From Okamejei kenojei (taxonomy: Eukaryota), in contig CM069149.1 of assembly GCA_035221665.1 (NCBI GenBank), positions 32,054,001 to 32,118,000 of the forward strand: DNA of 64,000 nucleotides. The letters run 5' to 3'. How positions within the stretch are numbered: position 1 is the stretch's first letter; each line of letters begins with the position of its first letter. Below the pieces are notes generated by a model. The model was not told where the DNA came from, did not search any database, and saw only the letters and a list, made by a program, of their open reading frames with translations. A program made the position numbers and the translations under genes. Positions 1-13,869 of this stretch are shown here, piece by piece.

Positions 1-2254
1 GAAACATGAAAACAAATTGCCCATGGTTAATGAATGGGACCCATTTATATACACAAACACAAGTTGATTTTGTTCACAAGTTGGAAAATTACACAATAAA
101 ATCACTCAATATGGTAACTGTTAGGTGAGAGGGACAAAGTTTAAAGGAGATTGCGGGGCAATTTTTTTAAAATAGTGTGGTGAGTGCCTGGAATGCGTTG
201 CAAGGGGTGGTGGCTGAAACAGATAGGAGTGGGATTTACAAGACTTTGGGATATGGATTATGTGCAGGCAAATAAGATTCTGACCTGGCATTGTGATCAG
301 CACACTGTGGGCCAAACTGCCTGCTTCTGGTGCTGCTTACACCTCCACAGCATTGTAATGAAAGGCATCAAAAGTATAAAGACTGATGAGTGGAGAATGA
401 GATTAAACCAATTCTGCCATTCGTAGGAATGAACATTCGTACATACTTCAGACTTCTCACTTTAATATTATGGGAGGTCGCTCACATGTAGAGGAGGCCA
501 CAAATTGGGCATTCATAACCCATTGCACAGATTCAAGTGGGATGAAGGTATAAGGGAAAAATCGCAATTCTATGAACTTCAACCTCGATGGCAAGAGAAA
601 CTTGGTAAACAAAAGAAAAAAAAGGACTGATAACTGACCAAAGGTGACCTGCAATGGACTTGCTTACAAAGAAATTGTTTACAGAAAATCTTAGCACATA
701 AGGCAATAAAGCTGGCATTAATCTTGTATCTTACACACCTTCAATTTGTCTAAAAGGTCCTAAAAGGCAATGAAATTACTATTTTAAGTAGTTAAAAAGC
801 TCAAAATGTGGCAACCAATTTTGAGCAAGCTTGCAGAAACAGGATATGATTGTGAAATGAATCCGCATTATGATGGCGTTGGGCAAAGTACAAATATGAC
901 AGAGGAAACTTCTGTCCACTTCAAAAAGCAAAAGATCTCTGGGCCCTCCCACGAGGAAAGATGGCTGATTCTAAAGCTGGCACTTCTAACCATGCATCAA
1001 CTAAGATGTGTGTTCAAGTCGCTGGAGTGTTGCATTTTGATCCCCCCTGATCAAAATGCAACACATGACACAAGCTAGAATAATGCAGTGCATAAGCCTC
1101 CATAATGGAGACCAGTCGATTGTCCGGTTTGACAATACACTGAGGTAACTTGAAGGCCACTTACTGTGATGGAGAAGCTTCAGGTTAGATTTTCAAAACC
1201 ACAGCATGGTACCAACAAATTGCCAACAACCAAACTATAAATACCATCCAGATGACCTCATGCTTTGCCTTCTTTGATCTTAGGAATCAAAGCCAAATAG
1301 GTTGATGAGCAATATCAGCCGTTTTGTTTCCAAGCACATGGGTCATTCATTCTAAGATTTTGAAAATAAAAGAGGAAATCTCTACATTTGAAAATATATA
1401 ATAGGCAAAAGTAACACACACTCATGATGAGGCTAAGTGAAAGCACGAACAGTCTTTTTACACAAGAGTATTCTCAGTTTACACCATTCACAATGGAGTA
1501 CTTAAGAAATTTAAAGTGGTAAATGTTAGTTTCCAATAGAAAGTCCCCACTCATAACGGGATTTCACTGCATACATCTAAAGACAGGCGTTCAAAGTCCA
1601 ATTATAGCTCAACATGAAATGGACATTTGTGTAGAGTTGTGTTTCTTTCTGCTCAGTCTAGTGGAACCTCTGTTCAATAGGTCAACAAAGCAATAAAACC
1701 AGAGATATTGTAATTCACTTCACAGAACCTCAGTGCAGATCAATGATTGAATTTGTACCACATTCAGCAGTTCCAGTTACATTTTGTTTTGTATTTACAA
1801 GATTCTCCACATTCTTTCGAGGGTTCGCAGATATTTAGATAGAACTTGCCTTTGGGCCATTGATCCTTGCCAAATCGTTGACTTTCCAACTGCTCTCCAC
1901 AATCTCATAGTTTGAGATACAAATCCAATTCTTTTCGGGAATTAATTCATACTGAAGTGAATGCAAGGGGCTATTTCAGTAGAAAGACATAATTACTACA
2001 ACTACACATGTTTATGTTGCGCATGGCTCACATCCTTTTCAGCTGAATTTATGGGTGTGGCTTGTAAATCCCAAATAGGGTTTCAGTAGATTTTTGCGTC
2101 TCAATGTTGCAATTGAAGTGAGGATGGGCCGAGAACCAAACTAGTCAGTGCAACACTGCCATCTACTATGTAATGCTCCCCCAAAAAAAGCAGCATCTCC
2201 ATGACAAATACAATTCGAGTGATGAACTACAAAAGTCAGTATTAATATCTAAAG

Positions 2255-2360
2255 GCACAAAATGCTAGAATAACCCAGCGGGTTAGACAGTATTTCAAGA
2301 GAGGAAGTTCATGTGACATTTTGGGTTGAGACCCTTCTTCAGACTGTCTTCAGCATTTGT
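2255..2360 (-). mobile_element. Penelope-derived short repeat
   Basis: cacaaaatgctagaataacccagcggg...gagacccttcttcagact matches the element tail seen at 57008-57319. Confidence 0.65.
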
Positions 2361-3051
2361 GTAGTAAGATTTATCTGAATGGGAAACTGAAGTTCATGTA
2401 TGGATCAATATTTGTTGGAGTGTTAAGGTAATAATGCTAGTGAATGGAAAGATAAATGAAAAATCATTTCAAAAGCATCACCGAAAATATAATGGAACAA
2501 CACTGACTGAACCCATTACAAGCCCCATTTGTAACAGACCTACACCAATCTGGTCAGTTAGATCAATTCAAAACTCTCTCTATACAATGCACATTTGAAA
2601 TGGTAAAATCAAGTAAGTGTATGTTAAAACATACCTTTCCATCACTTCCCAATGGAACCCAAGTAATCAACATCCCAACAAGTCAAACTGTGTAATAGAG
2701 ACCATGAGCCATGCACTATTTCCCAGAGTTTGAGCCAAGCAAACTCTCAGGTGGGTCTGGGACTCATTATGATCCATCTTTGACCTGGTTTATCCTGTCC
2801 AACAGTGGAAATCAGAGTAAGTAACATGTGGCATTCTACCCGCACAAACAATCCCTTCAACACCTGAAATTATGGAACAAAAAGATCCCATGGGTATCAA
2901 TTTCAAAACCAGAATTCAGAATCAATGTTGATTTTGCCAATCAGTATTGTTTCATAATTTGGATGTAGTTCAAATCTGAACCACTGGATCCCAACTGGAT
3001 TGGTACAGGGGTAAAGGAGTGGGCTGAATGGAGATGATCGGTTGGCCTCAC

Positions 3052-3258
3052 CTGTTATAATTGCTGGGTCCATCCAGCTACTCCCACTCTCCCAGTTCAG
3101 GCTGGTGCTGTTGGCTGAGGTTGTTGCTGCATGGTTCACTGAAGAGCAGGAAGCAGCATTTGGTAGTCCCCCAAAATTGATGTTAATATTTGGTAACAGT
3201 GCCCGTAGACCATCCTGCCACTCTTTCACATTTAAACTTGCCACATTACTGCCGCTGT
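3052..3258 (-). CDS. CNOT4: CNOT4 exon (exon 11 equivalent), symmetric phase-1 exon
   Basis: 207 nt, T-rich tract ttttcag|(D)SGSNVASLNVKEWQDGLRALLPNININFGGLPN...SSWMDPAIIT G|gtgagg. Confidence 0.95.
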
Positions 3259-4253
3259 CTGAAAAAAATAAAATAAAATAAAAGGAAAAACAAAAATTAA
3301 CTGGGCATTGCCAGATAAGTTTTGGAATTTATTGGTCTCGACTCCATGCCACTTAAGGGGATAGAACATGTTCAACAAACTGTTCACATGCATACAATGA
3401 CTCTGCCTAGGTTGAGCTTGCATACACAAATTGCCATTCCTATTATAGGAGACCCTAAATTTTCCCTGCCTTTTCTCAATGAAGCTGGCGTTCTATTTCT
3501 CTACTAATGGTTACTTGCTGGCTTGCATTGCATTTCATTGGTCTTAAAGCATCCTTAGAATCTCACCTCAAATTTAGTCACAAGGCCCTTGTCTATTCTG
3601 CGAACTTGACTCAAGATCACATATTTCCTCATGTCACCCAACACCGCATGGATTGTTTTGACCGAGTGTGCATTCCACCTTCCAAAGCCATATATGCTCA
3701 TCAGTCCTACCATACACAATTCATTAAGATTATAACTTATTTAACTAACACATCTGCAATTCAGTCATATGTCAAAAGTAATGCACAATCACCTTACTTG
3801 AATCTGTCAAAAAAAAAAACATGGACTGTATAAACTGCTCACTGTGCAGTTCTTAAAAAGTGTTCAACAAATTAGTTCAGAATAATCAAGTTAACTTTAT
3901 CTACCTTTGCAGGCCCAAGTAATTTGTCAGAGTACAATTAGTCCGTGCTCAGGAGCATAGCAAACTACTATTACCTAATCTAAACTACATAACTACATAC
4001 CACCTGACCATAACTGCTGTGCACCCGAGCTAAGCTCGTACAGTTCAAATTTGTAAACCCTAAAACTGGAGATTCCACCAACTGAACTTTCCACTTCCTT
4101 TCATCCCAGAGGATGAGAATGAATGAGCAGATTTTTGGACTCCTTCAAAGATGACCTCAAGTTCAATTTGCCCTCACTGTCAATACCACTATTACTTCAA
4201 TGCCAATCTGTACTGTACAAACCCAAAACTTGGACCAACAGCTAGTGTTCTGG

Positions 4254-4402
4254 GGTGGAAGAATGCAACCTTCACGTGGTCCGCCCTGTTTCAACGAATG
4301 CAATCAATCTGGCGTGCACAATCAAATGAGATCAAATAGAACAAGTTGTCCTACAACTTTAGGCTGTGCACGCCATATGCACAAAGAAGAAGAAGAAGTG
4401 GA
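4254..4402 (+). mobile_element. Short retroposon (LINE 3' end or SINE) with stem-loops and (GAA)n tail
   Basis: Flanked by direct repeat TAGTGTTCTGG (4243-4253 / 4406-4416); hairpins GGCGTGCACA..TGTGCACGCC and AAGTTGT-cct-ACAACTT; GAA tail. Confidence 0.7.
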
Positions 4403-5279
4403 AGTTAGTGTTCTGGACCAGTGATCAAAAGACATCATTTGAATAGAACGGCAACTAAATCAATTAAAATCAATTAATTTATTTTAGAAGCTCATCTCAG
4501 TAAACAAGCTATGCGAGTACTGCATTGTCATAAAACGTTGTATGCAGGGGAAGCCATTCCACAGGTCCACCAACGTAGTTGACTCAGCTCGAGGGCAATT
4601 AGTGATGGCCATTTACTGTCAGTATTGCCACGTTCACATTCTGGGAACAAATAAATCCTCACTAATTCTACAGGTCAGAACTCAAATGGTGATTGTGAGG
4701 CGAGGACTTTAATTAATTGCTTAACATATTTGATTGGTTGAAAATGAACAAAATCAAGAAAAGTAGGAGATTCACTAAAAGCATGAATAAGATGGATCAA
4801 AGGGGCTCGTCTCCATGCTGCAAAGATCTGTGATCTATCCTTTTTGGCACCTGCAACTCCTCCAATTATTAACGCAGATCAAGATGCGCAGTATCCCATG
4901 GTGAAAACATAACTATTCTGCTGTGAGAAATGCAGTTATAGGAACCTACACATCTGACACCAGAAACAATATTTGCGGAAACAAAGTTCTCACAAATAAC
5001 CTAATAATGTCCACCTAATAAGAAATGTGATGTGCACGGACCTCGTGATACCTCAGCTCCACCGTAATTAACACCCATGAAAATTCTTGTCTTTTCCACA
5101 AGAAATTTAAGATAGACTTGATGCAAACAACAAGGAAGTGCAGGAACCAATTGATTGTAAAATAATGCTGTTCTTAGAGTAGAAAAACACATATTTCAAG
5201 AGGCTGGGATGGGTGGGAAATAAATGGATGCAAATGGATGCTTCGCCATCTGAAGACAAAGATATTTTCAAAACAATGA

Positions 5280-5550
5280 ATAAATACCTAATAATAAAAT
5301 ACAGCTGATGGGCAAAAGGAAGGTAATTCAGCTGGAACAGAGAAGCAGGCAGTGCTGGATGGAAGGGACACTTGGAAGATTTCCACAACTGAGACTATTA
5401 TGAATACTCCCAACTTCCATGTAAATCCTGTATTGGAGATCTGGCATGCTTGGTGCTTTTCTGAATGCTGCAACTCCATTTGGGGCATCATGGGTGCTCC
5501 AAATGTAGGAGCAGAGAGTTGATGGTCATTACAGTTATTCAAAGCCAATG
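5280..5550 (-). mobile_element. RTE-clade LINE 3' fragment, inverted relative to the adjacent copy
   Basis: 5410-5548 is the reverse complement of 6500-6650. Confidence 0.55.
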
Positions 5551-6735
5551 GGATGCCAGGGCAAAAAGAGAACGCTTATTCCATCTATCAAGTACATAAA
5601 GTATTTTCATAAAATAAAAATGCAAACTCAGGAGAAAACATTGTCAACTGAGATGGATTATGAAGAATCCTTATCAAGTTTGGTTATCTCCAAAGGTTCA
5701 TGAGCGTCCAATTTTTGCAACATGACAACTTGTTAATCATGATCCCAAACCACAGATATAACAGAGTGCACGATGGCTATGCCGTTCGCACCAATCCTCT
5801 TCTTGACGTTTGTTGCGGTATTGCACCTTACCTTCCACAAGCTTCCTGCTGGGGTAGAGCTAATTTAAAAGGTGAACAGGAAAATATTCAAGCTTCATCT
5901 CCACTTCAGCACCAATTTCACCTCAGTCAGAGTTATAGTATACAATGCTTGTATGTATGTATGTATGTACACATTAAATGGCATGACATTGTGGACTTGT
6001 TTGCTGATCCTGACAAGAGAATGGGGGTTACACAAAGATGGAAAGGTCCTTACCACCCTGCATATATCTTACAACATCATCCCTTCTCTCCAACAACCTC
6101 CACCTTTAAAGAAACTCTGGAAAACGTGCATCACTTTCCATACCTTGAGAGCCATTTCACAGATAAGGCAGATATTGCAAAACACACTTCAGCCAAATGA
6201 GGAAAAATATAGTTGATAACAAAGCCCTTAATCCCAGCATTATCTACTAAACAATGATTACTGCTATGTGATAAACTTTGAACAATCTGCTGTTGGAACT
6301 ACAAAGAGGTATAACCCTTGACTTCACAATATCTTCTAAATCCATTATCAGAGAGGTCAAGATCAAAACCTTGACCCAGGCCACTACAAAGATCTTGACT
6401 GTACTTTACCAACTCTGCCAGATATCAGAAACTAGCACTCTTCACCAAACTCCATCACTCCAATATTCCACAAGAGCAGAGAGAACAAGTATACTCTCAA
6501 AATGCCTGAATAACTGTAATGGCCATGATCTCCCTGCTCCCATGGCGCCCCAAATGGAGTAGCAGCAGTCAGAAAATGGAGTAGCAGCAGTCAGAAAAGC
6601 ACCAAGCATGCCAGATATCCATGACAGGAGCTACATGGAAATTATGAGGAAAGGCAGCAAACAACATGTGATACAATCCACTTGGTCCATCATGCTACTT
6701 ATCCCACCTACAGCAGGATTCTTAACTGTACGTTA
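5551..6735 (+). mobile_element. Degraded RTE-clade LINE (RT C-terminal part and 3' end)
   Basis: Translated remnant ETLENVHHFPYLESHF..ADI resembles the RTE LENV..F.YLGS motif; many stops and frameshifts. Confidence 0.6.
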
Positions 6736-6890
6736 GGTTAGTTTAGAGAAACAGCACAGAAACAGGCCCTTCAGCCCAACTGAGTCTGCTCCAACCAACG
6801 ATTCCCACACACTAACATTATCCTACAACACTAAGGACAATTTACATTTATACTAAGCCAATTAACCTACAAACCTGTACGTCTTTAGAA
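6735..6890 (-). mobile_element. V-SINE 3' part
   Basis: aagccaattaacctacaaacctgtacgtctt is the reverse complement of the body of the 22480-22775 SINE. Confidence 0.7.
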
Positions 6891-7214
6891 TACAGTCATA
6901 CTCCTCAGTCATCTCAGAATTTACAGAAAGTATGCAAATTTTCTCCAGAAATCATTGGACTATTACTTCATTTTTAAATTAGTGGATGATTTCAGCTTGT
7001 CTGAATTTTTAACCATTTTATTTTCTAAAAACAATACACAGATCCTTGAGGAAGGATTCTTCAATGCTACCGGTCAATTGCTTTTAGTTGGTTGAAAAGT
7101 TTTCCTTCTGCCTGCTCCCCCCCACCCACCCCAGCTGGCCATAGCTCCAACCCTTTCCCCCACCCTCCCCCGAACCATCCTTCTCAATCTTTATCACTCA
7201 ATACTAATTCAATC

Positions 7215-7920
7215 TTCATTTCAGAATCCATAAATCGGAGGTGTAAAGGGACTTAGGAGTATTGGTGCAGGATTCCCAAAACGTTGATCTGCAAGTCGAA
7301 TCAGTAGTCAAAAAAGCAAACTCAATGCTAGCATTTATTTCAAGAGAGCTTGTATACAAAAACAGGGATGTAATGCTGAGGCTCTATAAGGCCACATTTG
7401 GAATATTGAGCAATTTTGGGCACCATATCTGAGGAAGGATGTGCTGGCTCTGAAGAGGGTCCAGAGGAGATTTACAAGAATGATCCCAGGAATGAGCAAG
7501 CGTTAGTCGGCATTGGGCCTGTGCTCATTGGAGTTTAGAAGAATGAGGGTGGGGACCTCATTGAAACATACAGAATGGTGAAAGGCTTGAATAGAGTGGA
7601 TGCAGAGAGGATGTTTCCGCTAGTGGGAGAGACAGAACTAAAGGACGTTCTTTTAGGAAGGAGATGAGGAGAAATTTCTTTAGTCAGAGGGTGGTGAATC
7701 TGTGGAATTCTTTGCCACAGAAAGCTGTGAAGACCAAGTCAGTGGATATTTTTAAGGTAGAGAGTGATAGATTCTTGATTAGTACACATGTCAGGGGTTA
7801 TGGGGAGAAGGCAGGAGAATGGGGTTAGGAGGGAGAGATAGATCAGCTAAGATTGGCGGAGTAGACTTGAGGTGCCGAATGGCCTAATTCTACTTATATC
7901 ACTTACGACCTTATAACCTT
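7215..7920 (+). mobile_element. CR1 LINE 3' fragment
   Basis: Remnants of ORF2 C-terminus (QRRFTRMIPG, FSQRVVNLWNSLPQKAV) and the ggccgaatggcct-type 3' tail. Confidence 0.85.
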
Positions 7921-10900
7921 CATTTCCACACCATAATCCTGTTTATCTGGTCAAAGTAGGATTCTAAGCTATTTTCATTTTGCAGCTATTTAATACTGCC
8001 AAACTCACACAACGTTTAAGAAATTAAAATACAAGCAAAATTGCGTTGATTACTCCAACTACCAAGAACATTGGAATGAGAGTTTGTTCCATTTCACTGG
8101 TGACTTTGTTAACGGTCAATTCTGCCTGCCCCGATCCATCTGATAATTACACTGTACACAAAGGAACTGAATTTCAAACACAATCATTTGAAGTGTCAAC
8201 ATAAAACACAAGGTTACACAATGACTATAAATGCCAGTATCGCACAGGGTAGAGATCCAGCTGGCTCTGCTGTTCGTCAAATCATTTCAAGCAACATTAA
8301 TATTCAGAAATGAGAGGTGAAATAATGGCTCTAAGTTTCAAACAGCTAAGGCACTGCCAGGAAAAATGTCTGCTCAGGAGTAGGAATGTTGACTGGAGAA
8401 AAGGAGCAATCAAGGGGAGGGATGTGCAAAATTCAAGCGAATTAGACCATAAGTTGCTGTCACTGATGCAACTGAGGAAGATTAAATAGATAAGAGGCGT
8501 AGGACTGGAGGGCTGAAGCCTGCGATATCAGTTTTCAAGAGGAATGATGAAACATAACTACTGGATCTCAGGAAGTAATGTTGGAATGCTATGGGCTCTA
8601 ACTGGGACCAAGTTGGGAGCACCAAGTGCAGTTCCTTTCACCACATTATAAGGTGATGGCTCCAGTAAGGATATTTACAAAGTTGGTGCCAGATTTGGAG
8701 AAGCTAAGTTATGAAGAACAATTGGTTAGGCAGCTGATAAGAAAGTTAGAGATGTATACATTTATAGGGTCATGGACAGTGTGTAAAAGACCCATTTTCC
8801 TGCCAAAGCGCTCAAATACATGAACATCATTGAATCAAAGCAAAGATCAAAGGGGAGTCGAAGAAAAATGATCACAGAAATGGGGATTGAGGTTTGGAAC
8901 TCGCCAGAAAGAATAGAGGCAAAATACTTAAATTAGTTGGGTGAGCATTTGAGATATTACCTACAAGCCAGGTGGAAAGTTTTAAGTAATAGAGCTATTT
9001 GGATTAATTTTGTGATGACATGAGAGGAAGTAGTTGCAACCCCTCAGTGCCTATTCTGTCATTCAACAAAACCATGGTTGATGCTGTGTCTTGTCTAATG
9101 TACCCCTGTGCACTAAATCCTTTGATTTGTTTGGTGTCCAAAAGTCAATCTTAGCCTTGAAAATACTGAGTGACAACAAATCCACATCCCTATTAGAATA
9201 GAATGCCTTTTATTGTCATTCAAACAATGGCTATTGCATAAAGTATGTTCTCACCTCAGCCATAGACGGTCAACCGCCTTAACCCAAGACTCTGCCCTCA
9301 AGTTCTTGTCTCTCCAGCCTCTCTGCACATTAACTGTTACTTTCACAGAATTGTGCACTGCCAATCTCATTTCCCCAATGAAATGACTGCTCAATTCCAG
9401 TGACTATAGATCAACTTACAATTTCTCCACAAAAGATACTACTCATTTTTGGAATAAAACAGAAGCACTCTGTTCAGACAGCCTGTAACGTTGATATTAG
9501 CCTGTAACATTAACTCAGATTATTTCTCCCATTAATGTTGTCTGACCTGCTGTTTCCAGCATGTTGTATTATTATTTCAGATTTCCAGTGTATGCAGTTT
9601 TTTGGTGTCAATCTCATCTAATTTAATCCATCTGGGAAAACTACTCCAGTGACTGACGCATGCATTCGTTCTTTGTACAAGGTGACCAAACACTGTACAT
9701 ATTTTAAATGAAACCCAAAGTTTAAATGAAACTCAAAGTTCTGTATTCTGAGCAAAAACCTCATTACTTTTGTACTAATGCCTGGGTTGTAAAAATGAAG
9801 ATACTTGACTTCATAACTGCTTTCAACACCTGGACCTTTACATTTTGAGAACAAGCACATCACATTACCTATTAACTGTTATAAATCGTTACTAAATTTG
9901 TTTGCATAATTTCATATTTTCCAAAATTACAATTCATTTTCCACCTTTTTGCCCATTTGCAAATCTTCAGTTTCTTCACACCATTCTTCGAGCTGATGGC
10001 CACTTTTTTCAGTAGCAAATGTAGATACTCACTTCCACACCAGTGTTCCACACCAGCGTTTTTTAGGTTTATACCTCCTTTCCTATTTTATCTATACCTT
10101 CTGAACATTTTCTGCTTAGTGTATTCAATTCCCAACTTTGGTCATCTTGCAGCTCCACGTCTATCCTGCTACAAGGCGAGGAGCTTTCGGTAGCCTTGTT
10201 TGAGATATTTTCACATTCAGACACATTTCTTAAACTATGTTTCCTGTATTGACCATCAACCATCGCCTTCTTATCATGGGGCGTTCACGTGTCATTTCAT
10301 TGTTGACCACTGAAGCCGATAATTTGATCCAAAATTACTTTCCTTTTTAAGACATTGAAGCATTTAATATTAATCTACATTAATAAAAATAATCCAAAAT
10401 GCACCCTATTTGGACTTTTCCCCCACAATTCATTTCACAAGATCCACCCTGCACCTCTGCCAGAACATTGTCCCCCAAAGACAGGTCTTTCAATTAACAT
10501 TTTTTCAGGATCTGGAAGTCACAGAAGAGTGTTTGAAAATGTGCTTGGTTGCTACCTCCTTAAAACTCTGCAGTCCTTCTGAGAAAGATATTGCCACATT
10601 AGTTTGAGTAGAAGCTTCAGGATTTCAATCCAGTGACACTGAAGAAAAGAATGCATTTGGGTGCAGGGTAACCAGCAGGTTCTATTGAAGTGGCCAGTGA
10701 GAGCAATGGCATGCATGTTGCCAATGATAAACACCGCAGTCATCTCGTGCTGTAGGTGGAGGGAATAAATGTTGTGCGGGGGAATGGAGTGCAAATCAAG
10801 TGAGCTGCTTTATTCAAGCTGCACTCATTTAGACAAGTAGAGGCAATTTCATCATCCTGCAGATATAAAGTACTTATTTGGTACCTTGCCTACAAGCATA

Positions 10901-10959
10901 CATTTCCTCTGTTATCCTTGTGGTCCAACCTGCTCTCTCTCTCCTTACCCTCTTTTTAA

Positions 10960-12100
10960 TGTCATACCAACAAGCCCATCTACACTAGTCCCTGGGTTTG
11001 GCCCATATCCCTCTAAAACTATCCTATCCATGTACCTGTCGAAATGCTTCATAAACATTGCAATAGTACCTGCCTCAACTACCTCCTCTGGCAGCCCATA
11101 CACCTACTATCCGTTGTGTAAAAAAAGTTGCCACACAGGTTCCTATTAAATCTCCCCCTCCCCCCCCCCCCCCACACACATTAAATCCATGTCCTCTGGT
11201 TCTCGATTCCCCTACTGAACAATACTCCATTTATCCTTTTCTATTCCTCTCATATCTTGTACACTTCTATACGATCCCCCCTGCCCACCCTCCCTCCCCA
11301 TCCCACCCCACTCTCCTGCGCTCCAAGGATTAAAATCCTAGCGTTTTCTTTTCGGTTTTGTATATTGTCACATGTACAGAGGTACAGTGAAAAGCTTTTG
11401 GTGCATGCTATCCAGTCAGCGGAAAGACAATGCATGATTACAATTGAGCCAATTACAGTGTATAGATATATGATACGAGAATAACCTTTAGTACAAGGTA
11501 AAGCCAGCAAAGTTCAGATCAAGGATAGTCCGAGGATCACCAAAGAGGTAGATAGTAGTTCAGCATTGCTCTCTTGATGTGGTAGGATGATTCAGTGGCC
11601 TGACAACAACTAGGAAGAAACTGCCCCTGAATCTGGAGGTGTGGGTTTTCACACTTCAATACCTGGGAGGGGGGAGAAGCGGGAATGGCCAGGGTGCGAC
11701 CCGCCCTTGATTATGCTGCTGGCCTTGCCAAGGTAACACGAGGTATAAAATGGAGTCAATAGAAGGGAGGTTGGCTTGTGTGATGGGCCTGCTCAACCTA
11801 TCTCTATAGCTCAGGCCCTCGAGTCCTGGTAACATCCTTGTAAACCTTGTCTGCACACGTTCCAGCTTAACAACATCTTTCCTATAACAGGGTGACCAAA
11901 ACTGAATAATACTCTACATGTGGCCTCACCAATGTCTTGTATAACTGTAACATGACCTCCCAACTTCTATACTCTGACTGATGAAGGCCAATGTGTTGAA
12001 AGCCTTTTTGACCAGCTTAACTACTTGTCATGCTACTTTTGAGGAACTATGTACCTGTACTCCCAGATCCCTCTGCTCTGTTCTCTAGAATGCCCTGCCA
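10960..12100 (-). mobile_element. CR1 3' fragment interrupted by an L2/Rex-like LINE fragment (about 11350-11785)
   Basis: ORF remnant QTRFTRMLPGLEGLSYRDRL is split by a segment carrying a gtacagtgaaaagcttttg tail. Confidence 0.7.
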
Positions 12101-12879
12101 TTCACTGTTTAATGTACCTATAAAAAGTCTTGGGATTTTCTTTAATCCCACCTGCCAGTTACATTGCATGGTCCCTTTCGGACCTTCTTATTGCCTGCTT
12201 AAGAACTTTCCTGCTTGCTTTATATTCAAAGGCCCAGTCTAAAGGCAAGGGGCTGAAGGAAGTCTATGCCAATGAACAATCTTACAGCAGAGTATTCCAA
12301 TGCCAGCAAAGGACAAACCATGAAACATAAATCAGTGAAAAATTTCACAGCTGTCAGTTAAATCCTCAGTTATGAGCAAGTTGGCTCCAATCTATCCTAT
12401 CCGGCTAGAAAGGCACTTCTGCCATGGATATTTTGAGAATTTGTCAGTTTTGATAGAAAGAAAAACCAGTTTGTTAAAAAACATTTGTTTTGGAGCACTT
12501 GCTTATTCAGAACTGTGGTATATATATTTATAAAATAGGCATATTCAAATATAGATTAGTTAGGCTGCTGCTTTTCACATTTGTTCATGACCAAAAGGTT
12601 AGAGCTGCATTATTGAGTACAGCTCAGTAATCTTTGAAAAACACTTCAAACACGAAACAAATCACTATCCAGGTCTAAAGCCAGAATGAATCCAATTCCA
12701 CTGGCTCGATACAACTGATTAAACAATGGGCTCATGTTCTCATTCTTGAACTTTCAAGTAATAAAAACATAACTACTTAAGGGAGATAAGATTTGTACAG
12801 GGAAGATTAACAGGGTTCAGTACAGAGGCTTAGCTACCTTCAGTTAAACAGAGGGTCAAATTATATACTGTAGTCTTAC

Positions 12880-13095
12880 ATATTAGTGATACGTTCAACT
12901 CTTTTGCTCTGGTATTTCATTTAATTCACATGCTTAATCAATAATATTTTATTATTAATGTTTAATGTTTTATGTATCATTCTTAACTGTCACTGTATGT
13001 CATGTTGTCACTTGCGGGCAGAGCGCCAAGGTAAATTCCTTGTATGTGAATACTCAGCCAATAAACTCAATCAATCAATTAATTAATTAATTAAT
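12880..13095 (+). mobile_element. LINE/SINE 3' tail (Rex/L2-like)
   Basis: AT-rich tail ending aaattccttgtatgtgaatac...aataaac(tcaa)n. Confidence 0.5.
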
Positions 13096-13869
13096 TTGTT
13101 CTTTGCAATGAACATTTGTGTAGGACGCTTGATGTTCTGCAAGCAAAGAAGGTGTTTTCTTCTCTTCCAACGCACAATAGAAATTTAGACGTATCCCAAT
13201 AGACTAATTATGTCACTTACCTGATATCACGGAATTAACAACTAATTAAAATAGTGACAACTGCATGAACATACAAGACATCTCCCATTGCAGGAATCAC
13301 TGTCCGGTCCAACCACACTGAAAATTGCGATAGGCAGATTCTACTCGCAATGTATTCGAATAGAAAAGCTCCCATCCCATATTTACTTACAAAACAAACC
13401 CATTGTTACACTGACTCCCATCAAATGAAATCCAATGCCATAAATGAGCCAACATTTAGCCAGTTGAAGCATTAAAAGTCGTTCGGATCAGATACAAACT
13501 CATCTCAGCATTCAAAACAATAGTTAAAATACTATGCAGATCAACATCAACGCAAAAAAGCAATTCAACACCTCACCAGTATCAAGGTAACACCACTCAA
13601 TGCAATCCATTAAAACCTCACCTACTTTTAGCAGTACACTTTGGAAAGGTTAGATACTCTGTGATCCAATTCTTTGTGGCAATTCACCTTGTCTGATACC
13701 AGTTTGCTTCTAGCCTTGGTGTGGTTATCACATACAAGATACAGCAGAGATAGTCACAAGATCCGGTTGGACTGTAGAGTACAACTGATGTCAAAACACA
13801 AGACATGTCTGACCAAATATAATTTGTGTCAGCAGGAATTACTTTAACTTATCTGAATACAGGCGGCAG

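Noticed and set aside
2903-3051. Open frame continuing past the exon-11 donor (GEANRSS...EFWF*)
   Set aside because: Begins at a canonical GTGAGG donor and shows no similarity to the CNOT4 C-terminus; chance intron read-through.
4378-4424. KEEEEVEVSV resembles the mammalian short-isoform tail GEEEVKVST
   Set aside because: Wrong strand; it is the (GAA)n tail of a retroposon.
9960-10310. Possible old DNA-transposon coding remnant
   Set aside because: No recognisable motif, TIR or TSD.
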